From positions 63,922,001 through 63,986,000 of the forward strand of contig OZ260665.1 of assembly GCA_965285935.1 (NCBI GenBank): a DNA stretch of 64,000 nucleotides. The letters are read 5' to 3'. Position 1 is the stretch's first letter. The number at the start of each line of letters is the position of its first letter. Under the pieces are notes generated by a model, which was not told the origin of the DNA, searched no databases, and saw nothing but the letters and a program-made list of their open reading frames with translations. The position numbers and the translations under genes are program-made. The DNA is from Ophelia neglecta (lineage: Eukaryota). This document shows, one piece after another, positions 60,583-64,000 of the stretch.

Positions 60583-61286
60583 TACTTGGAAGTCACACAA
60601 ATAAATATTACTTGATATTGTTTCCTATCAAAACATTGAGCCAGTAGTATAAGTTTAATCATATAATTTAATAAGGTGAGTCATACATGTATATAATTTT
60701 TTTGAAATCATGATGGAAAGTTGCATCTAATTAAGAAAAAACAGCTCATATCATCATGTCTCCTTATTGTTATATTTTCTACCTAATCTAATTTAATCAT
60801 GGCATTGAGTTCAGTTGTTGCCAATATCATGATGACACACCTGTGCTAGGGCAAACTCTCAAACATTTCGCGGATTTTGGGAACCCAATATTTCAGAAAT
60901 CATGTATTATCAGTAGAGGGGGTATCAAGTGGCTGTGAGCTGTGACAGACCATTGGAAGTTAGTGTGTTTATACTGATGTATGGCCACCGACCTGCTGTA
61001 AGAACCCTGAATTTCAGATAACCATCTCCACCAGGTGGGCAGAGGCTAGTTAATCACCTACCAAACATGCTGTATCCACCTCCAATCACTTGCTCTCAGT
61101 GGCAGCTCAGTGGCACCAGCCTGGTGGAGCAATGGCTACTTGGAGGAAAATACTAGGCTGTAGGGGTTAACTAGGGTTAACAAGTATATACTTCATGTAA
61201 TGTCAAATTACATGTCAAATATACATACAACAGTGCCTTCTTGATGATTTGAGGTTAACCCTTTACTGCCAGTCTCGACCTTGGTC

Positions 61287-61464
61287 AGTAGTGTATGGGG
61301 GTCCGCAAGGCTCACTCACGAAAAATAAGAACAAAAAATAAGAACAATAACAAAAGCACATGGTGGGGAGGACCAGAATCAATACTACCGACATTTAACC
61401 TTTGACCTCGATGTGGATTGGTCCCCTGGGTCATGTGGGGTAAAGCGGACCCACATACACTACT
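61287..61464. mobile_element. 178-bp element with Polinton/Maverick-type termini
   Basis: 20-bp TIRs AGTAGTGTATGGGGGTCCGC / GCGGACCCACATACACTACT (1 mismatch) and a perfect 6-bp TSD TTGGTC (61281-61286, 61465-61470). Confidence 0.75.
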
Positions 61465-64000
61465 TTGGTCCACTATATATATCCTCACCACTTGAGTATG
61501 TAGTCATATTTATTAAGTAAGTTAAAAATATAGTTAATTACTATGGCAACTTCTAGAGTGTTCCATTGGGAGATTAATGTATTACCTATGGAATTTCCAA
61601 AGTTTATATCCCATAAGTAAATTAATAACATGCTGGCATAACCTAAATTCAGCAATATACATCTAAATTGGAAATAAATTAGCATACATAGATGTATATG
61701 TAGGAACTGGTATATAGCTGGGGAACCTCTGACAGTGAGAGTTAAACCTGCAAGGGCCTACAGGATACAATGATGAGGATATCAAATTTCTTTCCTGTTC
61801 CTTGGCCTTGTCTGGATCTCAAGGACCCACACCAGATAGGAAGCAGAACACTTAAAAAAACAGGCCTTTTCTGAATCATGTTCAATGCTTCAATCGCCTT
61901 TGAATATCTGCCAGGTTTTTCAGTTTAGAAAAAGATTAGCTTAAAACTATATGAACTTGATACAACAGCCTTTAGGAAGTAATAAAAGCAATCATGTGAA
62001 TACCTATAAACAGCAGTTTTTTTTCTAAATATAACAAGTAAAAAGTGTTATTATCACTGCAATCTGGTATATCAATCATCAGATGGGAAAAACAAGTACA
62101 TAACAAAAGGAATTAATTAAATATTGCAACACAAGATTTTGGTTTGTGCTCTCATATATCATACATACCCCCTCTATATATATATGTATATCACTTAGTA
62201 AATTGGCCTGAAGAGGCAGAATTAAATTATAATGGCCAACTTTTTAAGAAAGACGGTGGCTGTCTTAATAATTACACTCTCCAACAGTGAATAACTGAAT
62301 CTGGGAGAAAGAGTACAATTATTACATCAGAGATCAAACATCTTTTAATACTGCTGGTACACACTTCCTAAATGATGGTATGTTTATGCACAAACTAGAG
62401 CAGACACGAACTTATAATGGATGGTGTATCATCCTAATGTATCATTATGCCATGCATCTGGGCCATGTTATTTTTCCTGGTAGTACTGCATGTGATAGAA
62501 TGTTTTTGGGGTCAGGACATTGTAAAAGGCTATGGTGAGAGTACCGCAAATTACATCACATCATGACAATCTAATTAATTTAGCAAGACAAATGAGAACA
62601 ACACATGTTGGTTTAGATATGCCCTGAGGCCAATTGGCCATCAATATGAGTAGACTCCATTGGTAAAGGGTGAAAGAATCTCAAATAAAAATGTTGCCAA
62701 TGTCTTTCTCAATTTTTAGCACATATCTTCAAGCAATAATATAAAACAAAAATGAATCTAAATGGCCCACACAGTGCTTATGTGCCATCACCCCCCCCCC
62801 CCCCCCCCAAAGTCCAAACCCAAATCAAGCAACAATCCATCATACAAGTGAAAACTATAAAGAGGCTATTCCTTATGCTTTGGTGATAACCTAAAGACAA
62901 TGGCTGGGGTGACTGAAAAAACCCTAGTGCCCTGTTGCAAGGCAGCTGAGCCCATTGCTTGTTGTCATGGCAGCAGAGGAGACTTGGTTGCTAGTGCAGC
63001 CTGGTGTAATCAAATTAATGTCAAAACAAACACAACCCTTTAGACCATACTTCACCTTACTTTGCTGATACTATTCCTGGATAAATTTGAGTCATCCAAT
63101 GGCCTACAATTATAGCATCAACAGGCTGAGATCTGAACTCGCTAACTAGGCCCTCAGCACAGTCACACAGCCACAACAGGTACTCCCTTGGATTGAGTAC
63201 AAATGTATGTACAGCTGATAGTATGTTTGGTAGAGCAGATAGCAAGCTGCAAGGATGAGCCAACTTTTCATATATTGGTGTGGATCATGCAGTTAGTCAA
63301 GGAAGATTTATTAAGGGAATCCCTCAATGTATAACAGACACATAGCATTAGTGTTAATAGTGTCATAATTTATTTAACATCCTATTTACGTAGCATTAGG
63401 AGTCAAATTCACAACTGGGCAATCTCAGATCTGTTGAGCCTACATTTTTTTGGTGTCAGCTTATAATGCCCCTTTAGTACCCCTTGTCATAACTGTGCTG
63501 TCAGAGTGAACACAAGTTAATGTGTCGGCTGGCCTCTGCCCAATATCTACCATATTTGATCTAAAAGAAGACTTACTTTTTTTTCCATTTTTCAGTGCTA
63601 GAAAATAATGTACTTTACCCTAACATACAAAACTTGGGGATGCATCTTGTATTGGAATAACATAGTTCCTTTATAAGACTTTTTAAGTATAAAATCCAAA
63701 AATAAGATTTGGCCACCACTGTACTAAAAATAAGAGTGTACCCTTTAATGAAAATGTGTCTTCTATTAGAGCATTTACAATAAAACTCAGCAGTATAAAA
63801 CTCAGTACCAGGAACATCTAAAGCACAGCCTGCCCAAGTTCACACAGGAAAAAGGCTTCAGGGTTATCCTGTGCAGGGCCATGAACATTTTGCAAACAAA
63901 GGTCTAGAATCTACATGAATGATGTATCTTTTCTGGAAAATCGCTGTACTGATAGGTCTGTCTAAACACCAATCAGTGTTTGATTACTGCTCTGTTCGTT

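Overview
AT-rich, intron-dense genomic DNA from an invertebrate animal. The repeat content suggests a lophotrochozoan, probably a mollusc; that is inference. Four spliced genes can be reconstructed by hand with consistent GT-AG phases. (1) The tail-encoding portion of an unconventional myosin XV (MyTH4-FERM-like/SH3/MyTH4-FERM), + strand, ~2.3-36.8 kb, with no motor exons in the window. (2) A complete 13-exon DRG2 (364 aa, - strand) containing a U12-type minor intron. (3) A complete COX11 (311 aa, + strand) sharing a bidirectional promoter with DRG2. (4) The last three exons of a fascin (- strand). The introns hold tRNA-derived SINEs, a Helentron/HINE-like element, MITEs of several superfamilies and minisatellites. 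The most notable observations are: two candidate alternative first exons inside the myosin XV gene that would give motor-less tail isoforms; a 178-bp element with Polinton/Maverick-type ends; a foldback MITE whose target-site duplication copies a splice donor; and MYO15-DRG2 adjacency that also exists in human. All coordinates were derived by eye without alignment tools.
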